From Candidatus Heimdallarchaeota archaeon (GTDB taxonomy: Archaea > Asgardarchaeota > Heimdallarchaeia > Hodarchaeales > Hodarchaeaceae), in NCBI GenBank assembly GCA_019057635.1, contig DXJL01000181.1, positions 1-35,637 on the forward strand: 35,637 bases of DNA, read 5' to 3'. A program made the position numbers and the translations under genes. This document shows, in pieces, positions 34,672-35,637 of this stretch (positions within the stretch are counted from its first letter, which is position 1; each line of letters begins with the position of its first letter). The notes under the pieces were generated by a model that had not been told where the DNA came from, did no database searches, and saw nothing but the letters and a program-made list of their open reading frames with translations.

Positions 34672-35637
34672 TCAAATTGCATCGGTTACTTCGGATAAAG
34701 TGAAGATACATTTCGTACCTTTTCCCCCAGCACAGAGTGGATCCTCTTCCATTTGAAACTGTTTGTTAAGGACTTCAGAAGCATAACCACTCCACATCTG
34801 CCCTAAAAAGCAACAAAATGATAAATTTGACCCTCTTTCTCCCACACCACATATTTCAACAGAACCGTAGAATAATAGCTCATCTATTTCTTCTATTGGG
34901 AGTAGACCGATTCCTTTAAGCAATTGATGATTCTTCAATTCGGGGAATTCTAGGCGTATATTTCTTACCATTATCTTGCCTATTTGATGCGCATACTCAC
35001 TCAATTTTCCAGAATTATCAATATTAATGTAGAAAAGCTCAAGAATCTTCAATGGTTTATCTGCTATGTCTTTTCTTTCCAATAAAGATGGTAAATTTTC
35101 ACCGACAACTATTCTTGTCGCCTCAATTAAAAATCTAGCTGCATCCTGTGCTCGGATTCCAGTGCCTAGAATAGGCTCCAGAAGAACTGTTATTGACAGT
35201 GAAACTCCTGGAATTTCTTCTTTTGTACCAATTACTTCTGCAAATACATCTTCTGCAGCACGAAATTGTATTTCATACGTAAAACGAGGAGATATTGTTT
35301 CCGAACTCGTAAATGATGCTTGTACATTAGTACCCATAAACGCATACCCTAAACCTTTCACAACAATGAGCAATAGCCTTTTCACAAGCTTTTCTTCCTT
35401 TTCAGAGGAGGAGCGCCATATTCTTCCCTTTCCAAGAAGGATCGTTCCAATTCGGGTATCCTCCTTCCAATCGATTTCACAAGGAGAAAAACCCAAAGAT
35501 GCAAGAAACAATTTTGCTTGAGCTGTAGGGTTATCACCAGCCGAAAGAGTGAAAGTTTCCCTCACAAGAGGAAGAATGATTGTTTCTAGTGCTTTTTCTC
35601 TCTCAGTTTTTTCAATTTGCTCTAAAAGCTCCTTAGC
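34672..35637 (-). CDS. V4R-domain protein (probably two V4R/Bet3-like repeats); 5' end outside the window
   Basis: C-terminal C...CCFLGQMWSGY......C...G...C.F is a V4R Cys pattern. The frame is open to base 35637 (AKELLEQIEK...). Confidence 0.75.
   Translation of the reverse strand, partial: AKELLEQIEKTEREKALETIILPLVRETFTLSAGDNPTAQAKLFLASLGFSPCEIDWKEDTRIGTILLGKGRIWRSSSEKEEKLVKRLLLIVVKGLGYAFMGTNVQASFTSSETISPRFTYEIQFRAAEDVFAEVIGTKEEIPGVSLSITVLLEPILGTGIRAQDAARFLIEATRIVVGENLPSLLERKDIADKPLKILELFYINIDNSGKLSEYAHQIGKIMVRNIRLEFPELKNHQLLKGIGLLPIEEIDELLFYGSVEICGVGERGSNLSFCCFLGQMWSGYASEVLNKQFQMEEDPLCAGGKGTKCIFTLSEVTDAI

Noticed and set aside
1-35637. CRISPR arrays, tRNA/rRNA genes, IS elements, inteins (checked in RtcB and RFC) and Sec/Pyl read-through
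   Set aside because: I saw no spaced repeats, tRNA arms or transposase motifs. RtcB and RFC are of normal length, and no gene appears split by an in-frame stop.

Overview
AT-rich (roughly one-third GC by eye), gene-dense archaeal chromosomal segment. Several features point to an Asgard archaeon, probably Heimdallarchaeia-like: CDP-archaeol synthase, Alba, PCNA with archaeal RFC, RtcB/archease, a PGF-type CTERM sorting signal, V4R and TPR proteins, and a bacterial-type histidine kinase. That assignment is an inference. About 34 CDS are supported, and both terminal genes run off the window. No tRNA, rRNA, CRISPR array or mobile element was seen. Most genes are housekeeping or metabolic: Asx-tRNA ligase, archease-rtcB, pcn-rfcS-rfcL, iorAB with an ADP-forming acyl-CoA ligase alpha subunit, enoyl-CoA hydratase, carS and alba. 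The most unusual items are: (1) a three-gene surface module in which two divergent secreted glycoproteins sharing the same ordered motifs flank a winged-HTH fused to a Yip1-like membrane domain; (2) an orphan alpha-solenoid whose repeats look like the PC repeats of proteasome subunits Rpn1/Rpn2; (3) a TFS paralogue with an altered catalytic hairpin; (4) charge-complementary tails on PCNA (about -20) and RFC-L (about +22, with a degenerate PIP box); (5) an AspRS/AsnRS mosaic synthetase. All calls come from motif reading by eye; no searches were run.
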